Of a stretch of 64,000 nucleotides of DNA, positions 10,297-20,170 are shown piece by piece (the stretch's first letter is position 1; every line of letters starts with the position of its first letter). Under the pieces are notes generated by a model. That model made no database searches, was not told the DNA's origin, and saw nothing but the letters and a program-made list of their open reading frames with translations. A program made the translations under genes and the position numbers. Source of the stretch: Promethearchaeota archaeon (GTDB lineage: Archaea; Asgardarchaeota; Lokiarchaeia; Sigyniarchaeales; SOKP01); the NCBI GenBank assembly GCA_048940645.1, contig JBHLOI010000007.1, positions 32,001 through 96,000 of the forward strand, in the 5' to 3' direction.

Positions 10297-11007
10297 TTGA
10301 TGAAAGAAAGTGAAGAAATCACCCCTGAAAATTATGCTAATTGGTTTGCTCTTTTTGAACTTTGTCGACTAACAAAAAATAGAAGATCTATTAATATTAG
10401 TAGCGTAGAATTTGGAGAACTATTAGGTTTAAGTCAACAAACTGGAAGTCGAAGAATTAAAGATTTAGTAGATTTAGGCTGGATAAAAAGAAGAAGTGAA
10501 GGTAAAACACAGAAAATTTCGATTACAAAAGAGGGAGCAAGCGTAATGCTTAATATATATAAAAATCTGAAGGATCTTCTCGAATCAATATTAATTGTCG
10601 GGGAAGTAGTTGAAGGAATGCATGAGGGAGGCTATTATGTGGCTATTAAAAGCTATTTTGATCAATTTAAAAATAGATTGGGTTTTGAACCTTATAAGGG
10701 CACACTCAATTTGAAGTTAAGTGATACAGATAATTCAATTTTAAGAGAAAAACTGCAATATATTAGACCTGTGATTATTAATGGATTTAAAAATCAAGAA
10801 AGAGAATACGGTCCCGTAAAATGTTATGACGTATACATTTACAGGTTGGATAACAAAAATAATCGTCGTAAAGCAGCAATACTCGATATAAAACGAACCC
10901 ATCATAAAAAGAATGTAGTAGAAATTTTAGCTAAACCTTATTTGAGAGACTATTTCAACTTGAAAGATGGAGACAAACTTATTATTGAAGTAATTAAAAA
11001 AGAATAA
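10297..11007 (+). CDS. ribK: CTP-dependent riboflavin kinase with N-terminal wHTH (RbkR-like)
   Basis: LSQQTGSRRI wHTH; G..EGGYY, LGFEPYKGTLN, RTHH, YLRD motifs. Confidence 0.92.
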   Translation: MMKESEEITPENYANWFALFELCRLTKNRRSINISSVEFGELLGLSQQTGSRRIKDLVDLGWIKRRSEGKTQKISITKEGASVMLNIYKNLKDLLESILIVGEVVEGMHEGGYYVAIKSYFDQFKNRLGFEPYKGTLNLKLSDTDNSILREKLQYIRPVIINGFKNQEREYGPVKCYDVYIYRLDNKNNRRKAAILDIKRTHHKKNVVEILAKPYLRDYFNLKDGDKLIIEVIKKE

Positions 11008-11023
11008 AGGTTCCATAGTTATA

Positions 11024-11650
11024 TCAATTTTTTTCACTTATATAATTGGTTATTGATTTATTAATTTTGAAATACCTATAAAAACTCGTTGCTAAGACCA
11101 AGATCATAAAAACAAAAAGTAATTCATCTATATATCCTAAAAAAGACGTTAATAACATAGATATGAATATATAAAATAATCTTTCCGATCTTGCCATTAA
11201 TCCAAAATCAAAATCTCCCTTATATATTCCCTCTGCTTTAGCTCGTAAATAGCTAATCATAAGAGAGGCTATAAAGGAAATAAGTATAACTATTTTTACA
11301 TCTATAAAATTCCAGAGAATATTATCCCAACAATAAATTAATAGGGCTAAAAAAATTATAAACTCACTAATCCTATCCATTAATGAATCAAAAAAACCCC
11401 CAAAAGTAGAAGTTTTATCTGTTAATCTGGCAATTTCTCCATCTACTCCATCAAAAATCCCAGTAATAAAGACAAAGATTGAAAATAGAAAGAGATTAGA
11501 TAAAATCACCAGAAAAAAAAAACTTAGAAAGGAGAACGCTAACATTAAACAAGTAGCAATATTTGGAGTAACCCCAATCTTACTTAAAGCTTTGGCTAGA
11601 ATTTTTATCAAAGGACGGAATATTCTGCGTAATCGGAATTTTGAGGGCAT
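11024..11650 (-). CDS. CDP-alcohol phosphatidyltransferase (archaetidylinositol phosphate synthase-like)
   Basis: TPN, DGVDGEIAR...GGFFDSLMDR signature, RSER; ATG 11650 preferred start. Confidence 0.9.
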   Translation of the reverse strand: MPSKFRLRRIFRPLIKILAKALSKIGVTPNIATCLMLAFSFLSFFFLVILSNLFLFSIFVFITGIFDGVDGEIARLTDKTSTFGGFFDSLMDRISEFIIFLALLIYCWDNILWNFIDVKIVILISFIASLMISYLRAKAEGIYKGDFDFGLMARSERLFYIFISMLLTSFLGYIDELLFVFMILVLATSFYRYFKINKSITNYISEKN

Positions 11651-11828
11651 AATTATTAAGTTAAAGAATTTTATGAAAGATTTTGAGCTTATCCTTTTGA
11701 AATTAACCAATTCTACGGTAAGTTCATTTTTATATAATATTTAATTATTACAATAATATAATTTTTTTAATTTCATAGTTTAAATTAAATAATAAATTCG
11801 AATAAAACATAAGAGAATGTGAATACTA

Positions 11829-12128
11829 TTGAAATTGCGATTGATACTAAAAGTAAAAACCAAAAAAAACAAAGAAGTATCTATAAAATTTAATGTTGCT
11901 CCAAAAAAGCATATTGGATTTATTAATTTTATAAATCTAGTCTTAAATCAAGATTTACCAATCACCCTCTCTTTTGAAAAAGTAAGTAAATCAGGTGATA
12001 AAGAAGAAAGTAAGATTGCAGGAGTTTTTAAATTCCAAGGGAAAGATACGTTAGCTTTACACCAATTGAATGAGGAAATCCAAGAAGAACAACGTAAACG
12101 TAAAAAACAACATCAAAAACGTTTATAA
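11829..12128 (+). CDS. Hypothetical basic protein
   Basis: 99-aa ORF filling the gap between genes, TTG start. Confidence 0.65.
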   Translation: MKLRLILKVKTKKNKEVSIKFNVAPKKHIGFINFINLVLNQDLPITLSFEKVSKSGDKEESKIAGVFKFQGKDTLALHQLNEEIQEEQRKRKKQHQKRL

Positions 12129-12146
12129 TAATAAAGTTCTTACCCT

Positions 12147-12914
12147 TTAAGATAAACTAATAAACCCTAATTTAATTAAGTTCTTACATATATTATAAAC
12201 TTTTTCATGTCCCAAATTTAATTTATTTGTAATTAATTTAATTGATTTTTTCCCATCTATTTCATAGTAAATTTTACAAGCAGTATCTCCTGTTAAATAA
12301 TATTTAGGATTAATTTTGTTAGAACTTATAAGCTTCGGAATTTCTCTACAGTATTCCGGTAAGTCTTCTATGGTTTCATTTTCTGTTTTTAATGCTAATA
12401 GACACGACTCCTCGTTGATTTTTTCCTCAACACTTTTAAAAAGTTCAGTAACTTTTTCTTTGAATTCTTCTTCTTTTTCTTCCTGCTCTTCAGTGACATA
12501 GATATTTAAGATGTGTTCAAATGATTTAAATGCATTAATTTTTCCATTCCAATTTAAAATTTGATTAATATTATATTTATTTAAAAAAGCAAAAGAAATT
12601 TTCCTTAAAACTCTTTGAACATCTACAGCTTTAGAGTCATCGTCATATGTAGCTAGATATATTAAATTAGGAATACTAGATTCTTTAAGAAATGATAATT
12701 TGAGATCGTTATTAGAAAGTTTTAATTCACTAATAGTTCCAAGATCTTCAAATGAGTCAGAAAATGAATTTAATGCAGTAAAAAAACCAGAAACCATAAT
12801 TAAGTTATCTTCATGTGAAAAAAGTTTTCCTGATTTAGAAATTTCAGCTGAATTAAAAAAACTTCTATTTAATAGTGGTAATCCATCTTTGATGATGATA
12901 ATATCTCTGATCAT
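12147..12914 (-). CDS. Longin-domain protein with C-terminal winged helix (NPRL2-like architecture)
   Basis: IIIIKDGLPLL...SGFFTALNSF longin pattern; C-terminal IDGKKSIKLI...NLIKLGFI wHTH. Confidence 0.75.
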   Translation of the reverse strand: MIRDIIIIKDGLPLLNRSFFNSAEISKSGKLFSHEDNLIMVSGFFTALNSFSDSFEDLGTISELKLSNNDLKLSFLKESSIPNLIYLATYDDDSKAVDVQRVLRKISFAFLNKYNINQILNWNGKINAFKSFEHILNIYVTEEQEEKEEEFKEKVTELFKSVEEKINEESCLLALKTENETIEDLPEYCREIPKLISSNKINPKYYLTGDTACKIYYEIDGKKSIKLITNKLNLGHEKVYNICKNLIKLGFISLS

Positions 12915-13101
12915 TTGAAACTCAATAATTAATGTATAGAAAATTATAAAAATTAAATTCTTATATTCAACGAATATATCAATAAAAATCTAAGTGCCTA
13001 AAAAGAAAAAAAAATGTAATATCTAAATGATATTGAAATAATATCATTTATAATTAGAAAATTCATCACTCACCTAAATATTATAAAGGTTAGTAATAGA
13101 G

Positions 13102-13848
13102 TTGAAACCTCTGAAAGCTGTGATCTTGTGTGCAGGTTATGGAAAGCGATTGCGCCCATATACTAATATCTATCAAAAATCTATGTTACCCGTTCATGGT
13201 AAACCCCTATTAGAATATTTAGTTGAAGGTTTAATCCATGCTGGTTTCAGAGATTTAATAATTGTAGTAGGATTTAGAAAAGAACAAATTATACGCCATT
13301 TTCAAGATGGAAAAAACTGGGGACTAAATATTGAATATGTTATTCAAAAAAATTTAAATGGGACAGGTGGAGCTCTATTACTCTGTGAGAATTTAATCCA
13401 AGACCAACATTTTTTTCTAATTTGGGGAGATATTTTAGTTCCTTATCAAATATATGTAGAAGTTTACGATTTATATAAAAAAGAAAATCAAGATTTCATA
13501 CTAGTTGCTAATTATATGAAGGATACCCATAAAGGAGCTACTATTTATTATGATGGCCTCTATTGTGTAAATATAATTGAAAAACCAAAAAAGAAAAAAT
13601 CAAAATCAAATTATAATAATTGTGGAATTTTTATTCTATCAACAGAGATATTCGAAGTGTTAAAATCTTTAAAATCCTCTAAAAGAGGTGAAATAGAACT
13701 ACCGCAAGCAATAAATATGGGAATAAAAGAAAGAAATTGGAAAGTCCGAATAGTCAAAATGGAAAAAAAGCAATTTAGAGGGGATTTTGGTGATAAAAAT
13801 GTCTATAAGCAACTAAAATCCGATTCAACTTGGCTTAATAAAATATAA
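13102..13848 (+). CDS. Sugar-phosphate nucleotidyltransferase
   Basis: ILCAGYGKRLRPYT, GTGGA, WGD, EKP, RGEIEL. Confidence 0.9.
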   Translation: MKPLKAVILCAGYGKRLRPYTNIYQKSMLPVHGKPLLEYLVEGLIHAGFRDLIIVVGFRKEQIIRHFQDGKNWGLNIEYVIQKNLNGTGGALLLCENLIQDQHFFLIWGDILVPYQIYVEVYDLYKKENQDFILVANYMKDTHKGATIYYDGLYCVNIIEKPKKKKSKSNYNNCGIFILSTEIFEVLKSLKSSKRGEIELPQAINMGIKERNWKVRIVKMEKKQFRGDFGDKNVYKQLKSDSTWLNKI

Positions 13849-13865
13849 TATTAAACAAAATTATT

Positions 13866-14840
13866 TTAATCCTCTTCAAGTTCAGGAGGCTCAGGAAGAT
13901 CAACTTGCTCCGTAGCTGCGGGAGGTTCATCAGGCTCAGGAAATTCGGGGGGCTCTGGATGTTTAAGTTCTTTTGTTCTTCGATATCTGCGATATAAAAC
14001 AACACCAATGATAGCAACTGCTCCTATTGCTACAGCTAAAATTATATAAAACCATGGGATTTCTGGTGGAGCAATTTCGCGATACCTAAAAAGATTACCT
14101 TCTAATACAGTACCAATACAGTCTGTATCGATGTCAATTTGATCAATACCAGTATAGCCACCATTATTGTAAATATAATTTTCAATTATTCGAGTATTAT
14201 TACTTTCAGAATGTATTTTTATCCCATAATCTCCAGAATCATAAATTTCATTTGCAATAATTGTATTATTATTTGAATATACAAATCTGATTCCATGTGT
14301 GCTATTTTGAATATAGTTATTTCTAAGTTCGTTCTTATCAGAATTCAAGAAATAAATTTCTCTACAATTCAGTATTTGGTTATCTGAAATAGTAATATTA
14401 TTGGAATAAAATAATTGAATTGCGCCTAAGTTTATATCATTGTCAAATATCAAACCATTAGTAACATTATTTAATCTAATAGTTGTACCAATTGTGTCTG
14501 AATTTTCTAAAGTACAATTTTGTATCTTAAAATAAGCATCAGTATTATTTATAAAGATACAGTTTGTAGGTCCATCTATATCTATAGTAAAATCTTCTAT
14601 TACATAAGGATTCCCATAAGTACCATCTCCCCCGGGAGTAACTCCATTAGCAAGAGTAAAATTACCATTTCCATTTATAATGATAGGATAATGATCTATA
14701 TTCGGTTTAATTTTACTATTATCGTTTTCTATTGGGTTTACTTTAGTAAGACTGTTGTATTCAGTATGCAAAATCGAACTTATAAAGATCAAAAATAATG
14801 TAAAAAACATTAAATATTTTATTACTCTTATCTTCTTCAT
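13866..14840 (-). CDS. NosD-like right-handed beta-helix surface protein with C-terminal TM and Pro/Glu-rich tail
   Basis: Signal peptide, GDGTYGNPYVIE, (S)NNNTI..N repeats, TM followed by RRYRR and PEPPE tail. Confidence 0.85.
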   Translation of the reverse strand: MKKIRVIKYLMFFTLFLIFISSILHTEYNSLTKVNPIENDNSKIKPNIDHYPIIINGNGNFTLANGVTPGGDGTYGNPYVIEDFTIDIDGPTNCIFINNTDAYFKIQNCTLENSDTIGTTIRLNNVTNGLIFDNDINLGAIQLFYSNNITISDNQILNCREIYFLNSDKNELRNNYIQNSTHGIRFVYSNNNTIIANEIYDSGDYGIKIHSESNNTRIIENYIYNNGGYTGIDQIDIDTDCIGTVLEGNLFRYREIAPPEIPWFYIILAVAIGAVAIIGVVLYRRYRRTKELKHPEPPEFPEPDEPPAATEQVDLPEPPELEED

Positions 14841-15000
14841 TTTTTGGAATTCAACTTAAAATTTTTTTAATCAATTGAACATAATTACGAACTTATTAAA
14901 AAAATTTTTGGCTAACAACGTAAAAATAACAAATCATTTATAGAAAAAAAATAAATATAAAAGATCATAAAACAAAATTTAATATAATTATAGGTATAAG

Positions 15001-16956
15001 GTGAAATTCTTTATGGGGAGAAAAATATATAGAAAAATATATAGATTAATTTTAGTAATTTCCTTAATCATAATAAATACTACTCTTATTGGAACATTGA
15101 AAGAAACAACTCCGAAAGGAGTTAATGCTTTTAATGTTTTTGAAGAACTGAATAATTTAAATAAGAGAGACACAGAATTCATTTATTCCTTAAGCGAGCA
15201 AATAAATACTCCCCTTATTAGATATCTTGGACCTGACAACCACCCAATAGAAGGATTAGATCTAAAAAGTCATAGCGATGAATTATTCGAGATTGATTTT
15301 AGATTAGATGATAATACACCTGATGAGTGGGTAATCAGAGTCTATAGTTATCTTGATTATAATGTTGATGATACATCTTTAACCGATAGCGAAAAATTTG
15401 AAGATGGAAGTGATTTTAAGCAGTATCAATCTGGTACTCCTCCCATTTTGGAGGAACTTAATCCTGATGAGAGTTTTATGGGTGTTAGATATAGTAAAAT
15501 TTTAGAAGATCATGTAGAATGGACTACCTCAGAAAAAGATTATACAGCAATAAAACAGAACGTTGACATGATTAGCGATGAATTATACTTTCACGTAAAA
15601 GTTCTATACAAATTAGATTTTGAAGGAGATGATTATTATTATTATCGAACCTTCTACATCTCAAATTATTGGACACCAAATTTTAAATTTAAACCTTTAA
15701 ATATTTATGATGATGATACCTCCCCTCCAAGTTTTATTAGTATTGGAATTCAAAATCCTCCAATCTACGATAATAATGAAACTATTGATTTTGAAATAGT
15801 AGTTGAGGACGATAGTGGAATTGCAGAGTTATCTATTGATTTTCTAGGAAATCTGTATGTTGATGAAGATAAAGATAATCATATATCTATACCCAATCCT
15901 GCTATTCCAGGAGAGTATAGCTTCAATGTTATGGCTGAAGATGCAGATAATGATCGAGAAGGGGATCAACTATATTCTAATTTGTATTCAAGCTTCAAAA
16001 TTTTTGATGACGATGTTAATTGTCCCATTTTTTCAGATATATCTATCATAAATGCGCCAATATATGATAGTTATGATTATATAATTTTCGAAGTTATGGC
16101 TGAAGATGAATCTGGTATTGCAGAGTTATTTATTGATTTTATAGATACCAGATATTATTATGACGATGAAAGTATCCAAATAAAAATTCCAAATCCGAGA
16201 GTTCCTGGAATATATGAATTTACTGCCATTGCTATTGATAATGATTCTGAATATGGACAAGATCAGTTAAATATCACGGTAACTTCCTGTTTTGAGATCT
16301 TTGATGATGATATTACTCCTCCTGAAATTATAATTTCTGAAAATGAAGATTATTTCGATTTAGAAGTCATAGATAATGATGGTATAATTGATAGCGAAGC
16401 AACCGGAACCTATATAATTATCTCCCAATATGGAGAAGAAATAGCAACAGGCACATTAGATCAAGAGCAAATTAAATATCGACTTTGTAAAAATATCTTT
16501 TATTCAGGCGGCATAGGGGTTCATACATTAATCGTTCAAGCAACAAATAATGATCGAGAATGGGAAGGCGATGAAGAAACCTCAGCTATTGAAAACCAGA
16601 TTATCATAACTCCAGACGACTATTTCAAATATATAAACAAACAAATTGAAGAAATTAAAAATTATATTTGCAATATCGTAAATCCATGTATTTGTAGTTT
16701 TGTGATATGTTTTTTAAATACTATTCAAGAAGATTTAAAAGAAGCTTATAATTACTTTATGGTTGATAATATTATTGAATCTCTAGATTATGTAGGAGAC
16801 GCAAGATCAAAACTTTTGGTTAGCATAGATTTAATAGATGGTATTTATAATATTGGATGTCTATGTATTGAAGATAGAGACTTTTTATTGGCATCATTAC
16901 AGAAAATCCTTGATACTGTTGATAACTTAATAGATTGTTTAATTGACTCTATGTGA
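15001..16956 (+). CDS. Secreted acidic protein with tandem Ig/cadherin-like repeats and Cys-rich helical C-terminus
   Basis: N-terminal hydrophobic segment; three units of about 99 aa; start may be ATG 15013. Confidence 0.8.
   Translation: MKFFMGRKIYRKIYRLILVISLIIINTTLIGTLKETTPKGVNAFNVFEELNNLNKRDTEFIYSLSEQINTPLIRYLGPDNHPIEGLDLKSHSDELFEIDFRLDDNTPDEWVIRVYSYLDYNVDDTSLTDSEKFEDGSDFKQYQSGTPPILEELNPDESFMGVRYSKILEDHVEWTTSEKDYTAIKQNVDMISDELYFHVKVLYKLDFEGDDYYYYRTFYISNYWTPNFKFKPLNIYDDDTSPPSFISIGIQNPPIYDNNETIDFEIVVEDDSGIAELSIDFLGNLYVDEDKDNHISIPNPAIPGEYSFNVMAEDADNDREGDQLYSNLYSSFKIFDDDVNCPIFSDISIINAPIYDSYDYIIFEVMAEDESGIAELFIDFIDTRYYYDDESIQIKIPNPRVPGIYEFTAIAIDNDSEYGQDQLNITVTSCFEIFDDDITPPEIIISENEDYFDLEVIDNDGIIDSEATGTYIIISQYGEEIATGTLDQEQIKYRLCKNIFYSGGIGVHTLIVQATNNDREWEGDEETSAIENQIIITPDDYFKYINKQIEEIKNYICNIVNPCICSFVICFLNTIQEDLKEAYNYFMVDNIIESLDYVGDARSKLLVSIDLIDGIYNIGCLCIEDRDFLLASLQKILDTVDNLIDCLIDSM
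15703..16608 (+). repeat. Intragenic tandem repeat with 297-nt period (units at 15703, 16000, 16297; third degenerate)
   Basis: I(Y/F)DDDxxxP at each unit start; units 1 and 2 share PIYD, ED(D/E)SGIAEL.IDF, IPNP..PG.Y.F, DQL. Confidence 0.85.
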
Positions 16957-17159
16957 TTTTTTCGAAAGGAATTTTGAATTTCTTTTTTTTAAAATTTTAA
17001 ATAATAACAAATTCCAACCTATATTTTATGTAATTATGGATTAATCACCACAAGAATGGTGATAATAGTGACCAAATCTATGAAAATGGTTTGAAGGAGG
17101 CAGTACCTATATCTTTTCTTATAGTTTATTGGATGGGTCGTGCTTTTAATATTTTTTAA

Positions 17160-18773
17160 TCATTCCATGTTATTCAATTTTTTAAGACCTATTAAAAGTA
17201 ATGGAATAGCGAATAAAGTGCCAAAAATTATTAAAGGAAGGCTAAAAACCACTTTTATTAATTCTGGTGGAGGATTTAAATTCCCTAATAATTGAAATCC
17301 TAAGAAAAGGCTTCCAAAGATCGTTACCATGTTAATAATAACTAAAATCCCTATAGTAAGTTGCATATCACCCCCTTTTTCTTCAAATGCAGGGTTAATA
17401 CACTGAAGTCCTATAGCTTGAGATACAGTTATTAAGCTATATATGATAAGAAACAGAAAAAAGAAAATTATAGTAAAGATATCATATTGAAAAAATAAAC
17501 TAAAAAAAATTGTCAAGCCAATTCCTATAAAGAAGATTATAATAAAAATCATTTGCAGATATGAAAAGATTAACGCTTTAATATTTCTGGGGGATTTCTT
17601 GTATACCCATATTAGTTCTTTTGAACCAACAAAAATATAATTCCCTAAAAATAAACTAAATAGCATACCAGCAATCATCACACTCATCATCATATACAAG
17701 CTGATGTCTTGATTATCTAAATTTGGATAATCTCCTCCTAAAAAGGCAAAAATAACTCCTTCAAATAGAGTTAATCCTATTGTATATACAATTTTCATTA
17801 GGTTTTCTCTTTTTCTAAAAAATTCTTTTAATTGAGTTATAATTAGACCTTTCCATTTTACTCCTGTAATTTTTTTTATAAATGTATAGAACTTATTTTC
17901 TTTTTCAATAGTAGTGGTAACTTTTTCAATGCTAGTTTCTAGAGAGAAAAAAATATGAGCCTTTTTGAAACTTATATAGAGAATAATAAGAGGAATAAAT
18001 ACAGCAAGAGAAATACTTGCCCAGATATTAAGAATATACGAGCTTATTAATATTGGTTGAATAGTGTATAATATAATATTTGAAAACCATAAAGAAGGGT
18101 AAAAACTTAAATAATTTTTAATTTGGGGATTAGATTTTATATAATTAAACAAGTATGTAAATGTATACATAATTACTACCATTGCAATAGCTAAAAGAAA
18201 TAGAATTAATTTACCTAAATCACGTGCTTTTTCACTTCTTACTATTTTATGTTCGAGCCAAGAGACTAAAATAGATCCTAATAAAGCAGCAAAAATAACA
18301 TGTCCAATAACACATGAATAAATAACAACATAATGAAGAATGTTTAAATCGATAATAGGGTTTATTAAACCAGTTATAACTGGCGCCAATGCCAAAATAA
18401 ATATTAGATATATTGGTATCTTTCCTAAAAATTCTCCAATAAAAATATCACCTGGTTTAGCTGGTGATGCTAATACCATTTCTTTATAGCCAACTTCCGT
18501 CTTTCGATAAATATTTTGCATTGGATACATTATAATTATCAGGAATAGCATCATTAGTATAAATTCTATAAGATATCCAACAATCGTTATAATAGTACTT
18601 GGGAAACTTGTGGCTAACGTAGGCATGAATAAGTCAAAAATTAAAGGCGCAATAAAAAACGCCCATATACAGAGTATCGTATAAATAACCATAAATAACA
18701 AAAATCTATGGTTACGAAAACTACTTGTTTTCCTTCTTAATTCTGTTTTAGCAATCGCTTTCCAAGCTCTCAT
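17160..18773 (-). CDS. ABC exporter permease (about 12 TM, two halves)
   Basis: LASPAKPGDIFIGEF and YKKSP motifs; immediately follows the ABC ATPase gene. Confidence 0.85.
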   Translation of the reverse strand: MRAWKAIAKTELRRKTSSFRNHRFLLFMVIYTILCIWAFFIAPLIFDLFMPTLATSFPSTIITIVGYLIEFILMMLFLIIIMYPMQNIYRKTEVGYKEMVLASPAKPGDIFIGEFLGKIPIYLIFILALAPVITGLINPIIDLNILHYVVIYSCVIGHVIFAALLGSILVSWLEHKIVRSEKARDLGKLILFLLAIAMVVIMYTFTYLFNYIKSNPQIKNYLSFYPSLWFSNIILYTIQPILISSYILNIWASISLAVFIPLIILYISFKKAHIFFSLETSIEKVTTTIEKENKFYTFIKKITGVKWKGLIITQLKEFFRKRENLMKIVYTIGLTLFEGVIFAFLGGDYPNLDNQDISLYMMMSVMIAGMLFSLFLGNYIFVGSKELIWVYKKSPRNIKALIFSYLQMIFIIIFFIGIGLTIFFSLFFQYDIFTIIFFFLFLIIYSLITVSQAIGLQCINPAFEEKGGDMQLTIGILVIINMVTIFGSLFLGFQLLGNLNPPPELIKVVFSLPLIIFGTLFAIPLLLIGLKKLNNME

Positions 18774-18774
18774 T

Positions 18775-19608
18775 TTATTTCTTTTTTCTACCTTTCCTTC
18801 TTTTTTTCTCTTTAGTTTTTTCGGGTAATTCTTCTCTCCAAGCTAATAAGTCCTCAATTTTAGTAACACCCATTATTTTTAGATAAGCATCTTCCAAATC
18901 TTTAGCATCAACAGAATCAATAATTTTTCGTGGTGTTCCCTCCACTTTCAAAGAACCCTTATCAATAATACCGATTAAGTCACACAATTCTTCAGCTGTA
19001 TCTAAGAGATGAGTACAAATAAAAATAGTCTTATCTGCTTTCTTAGTTAATTCAAAAATCAGGTCTTTCACCATTCTAGTAGCAGCAGGATCTAAATTAG
19101 AAGTTGGTTCATCTAAGAAAATTATTTTAGGATCTTGTATCAATGCAGCACATAAACAAACTTTTTGTTTCATGCCTCTTGAAAAACCTTCTAGAAGATC
19201 ATTTTCTCTCCCCTCTAAGTTAAAAATCTCTAGTAATTCATCTATACGAGTAATTATTACTTCTTTTGGTAAATAATATAATTCACCTATAAACTCTAAA
19301 AATTCTCGAGGGGTTAATTTTTGATATAAACCAGGAGATTCAGGAAGAAATCCACAAATTTTTTTCACCTCTTTACTTTGGGTAAGTATATCATAGCCAC
19401 CAACTAAAGCTGTGCCAGAAGTAGGTGAAATAATAGAATTTAACATACGAACTGTCGTAGTCTTTCCAGCTCCATTAGGTCCTAAGAGAGCATAAGTTTT
19501 ACCGTAAGCAATCTCTATATTTAAATTATTTACCGCGAATATTTTACCAAAATGTTTAGTCAAACCTTTTGTTCTAATAGCAATATTATCTATCGTTAAT
19601 TCACCCAT
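18775..19608 (-). CDS. ABC transporter ATP-binding protein (ABC-2/multidrug type)
   Basis: GPNGAGKTT, FSRGMKQK, FLDEP, TH motifs. Confidence 0.95.
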   Translation of the reverse strand: MGELTIDNIAIRTKGLTKHFGKIFAVNNLNIEIAYGKTYALLGPNGAGKTTTVRMLNSIISPTSGTALVGGYDILTQSKEVKKICGFLPESPGLYQKLTPREFLEFIGELYYLPKEVIITRIDELLEIFNLEGRENDLLEGFSRGMKQKVCLCAALIQDPKIIFLDEPTSNLDPAATRMVKDLIFELTKKADKTIFICTHLLDTAEELCDLIGIIDKGSLKVEGTPRKIIDSVDAKDLEDAYLKIMGVTKIEDLLAWREELPEKTKEKKRRKGRKKK

Positions 19609-19673
19609 TTAATCATTCAAGAATAAAAAGAAAAGATGCTTTTTAATGTTTCATAAATTCTCTTAATTATTAG

Positions 19674-20120
19674 TTAAATATCAGCATCAATAAAAAGATC
19701 ATCAAATTTATATCCCAAAAATTTAGCTAATTCTTCTAAAAATTCTTTACTAAAACTTTTTGATAATTCCTTCTCATCTATTTCTCCTATTTGAAATAAT
19801 GTGTTATGATCAATACCCTGAGCATTAACAAAATCCTCTACTTCTTTGTAGGGCTTCTTATATTTAATCTCTTTTAGTTGATCTTTTATTATAGGTTCTT
19901 GATAAAAGATTTCATTTAAAGGTTTGTCTAGAACTTCGGCAATCTTAAAAGAAATTGTGAGAGATGGATTATATTTTCCTTTTTCTAAGAAGTAGATCGT
20001 TTGGCGAGAAACCCCGATACTATCTGCTAAATCTTGTTGACTTAGACATAATTTATTTCTAATTTCCTTGATCCTTGTCTTTATCTTCGTTCTAAATTTC
20101 ACAGATTTCTCACCAATCAA
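19674..20120 (-). CDS. XRE/Cro-family transcriptional regulator with a second degenerate HTH-like domain
   Basis: SQQDLADSIGVSRQTIYFLEKGKYNPS; C-terminal LAKFLGYKFDDLF. Confidence 0.88.
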   Translation of the reverse strand: MIGEKSVKFRTKIKTRIKEIRNKLCLSQQDLADSIGVSRQTIYFLEKGKYNPSLTISFKIAEVLDKPLNEIFYQEPIIKDQLKEIKYKKPYKEVEDFVNAQGIDHNTLFQIGEIDEKELSKSFSKEFLEELAKFLGYKFDDLFIDADI

Positions 20121-20170
20121 TCAAATAGCAAATCAACTAATTTTTTAATTTATAAAAAACAAATTTGTTT

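Noticed and set aside
17030-17159. ATCACCA/TGGTGAT hairpin and short open frame between convergent genes (sRNA or SECIS?)
   Set aside because: No C/D boxes or SECIS core recognised, and no adjacent gene with a plausible Sec codon
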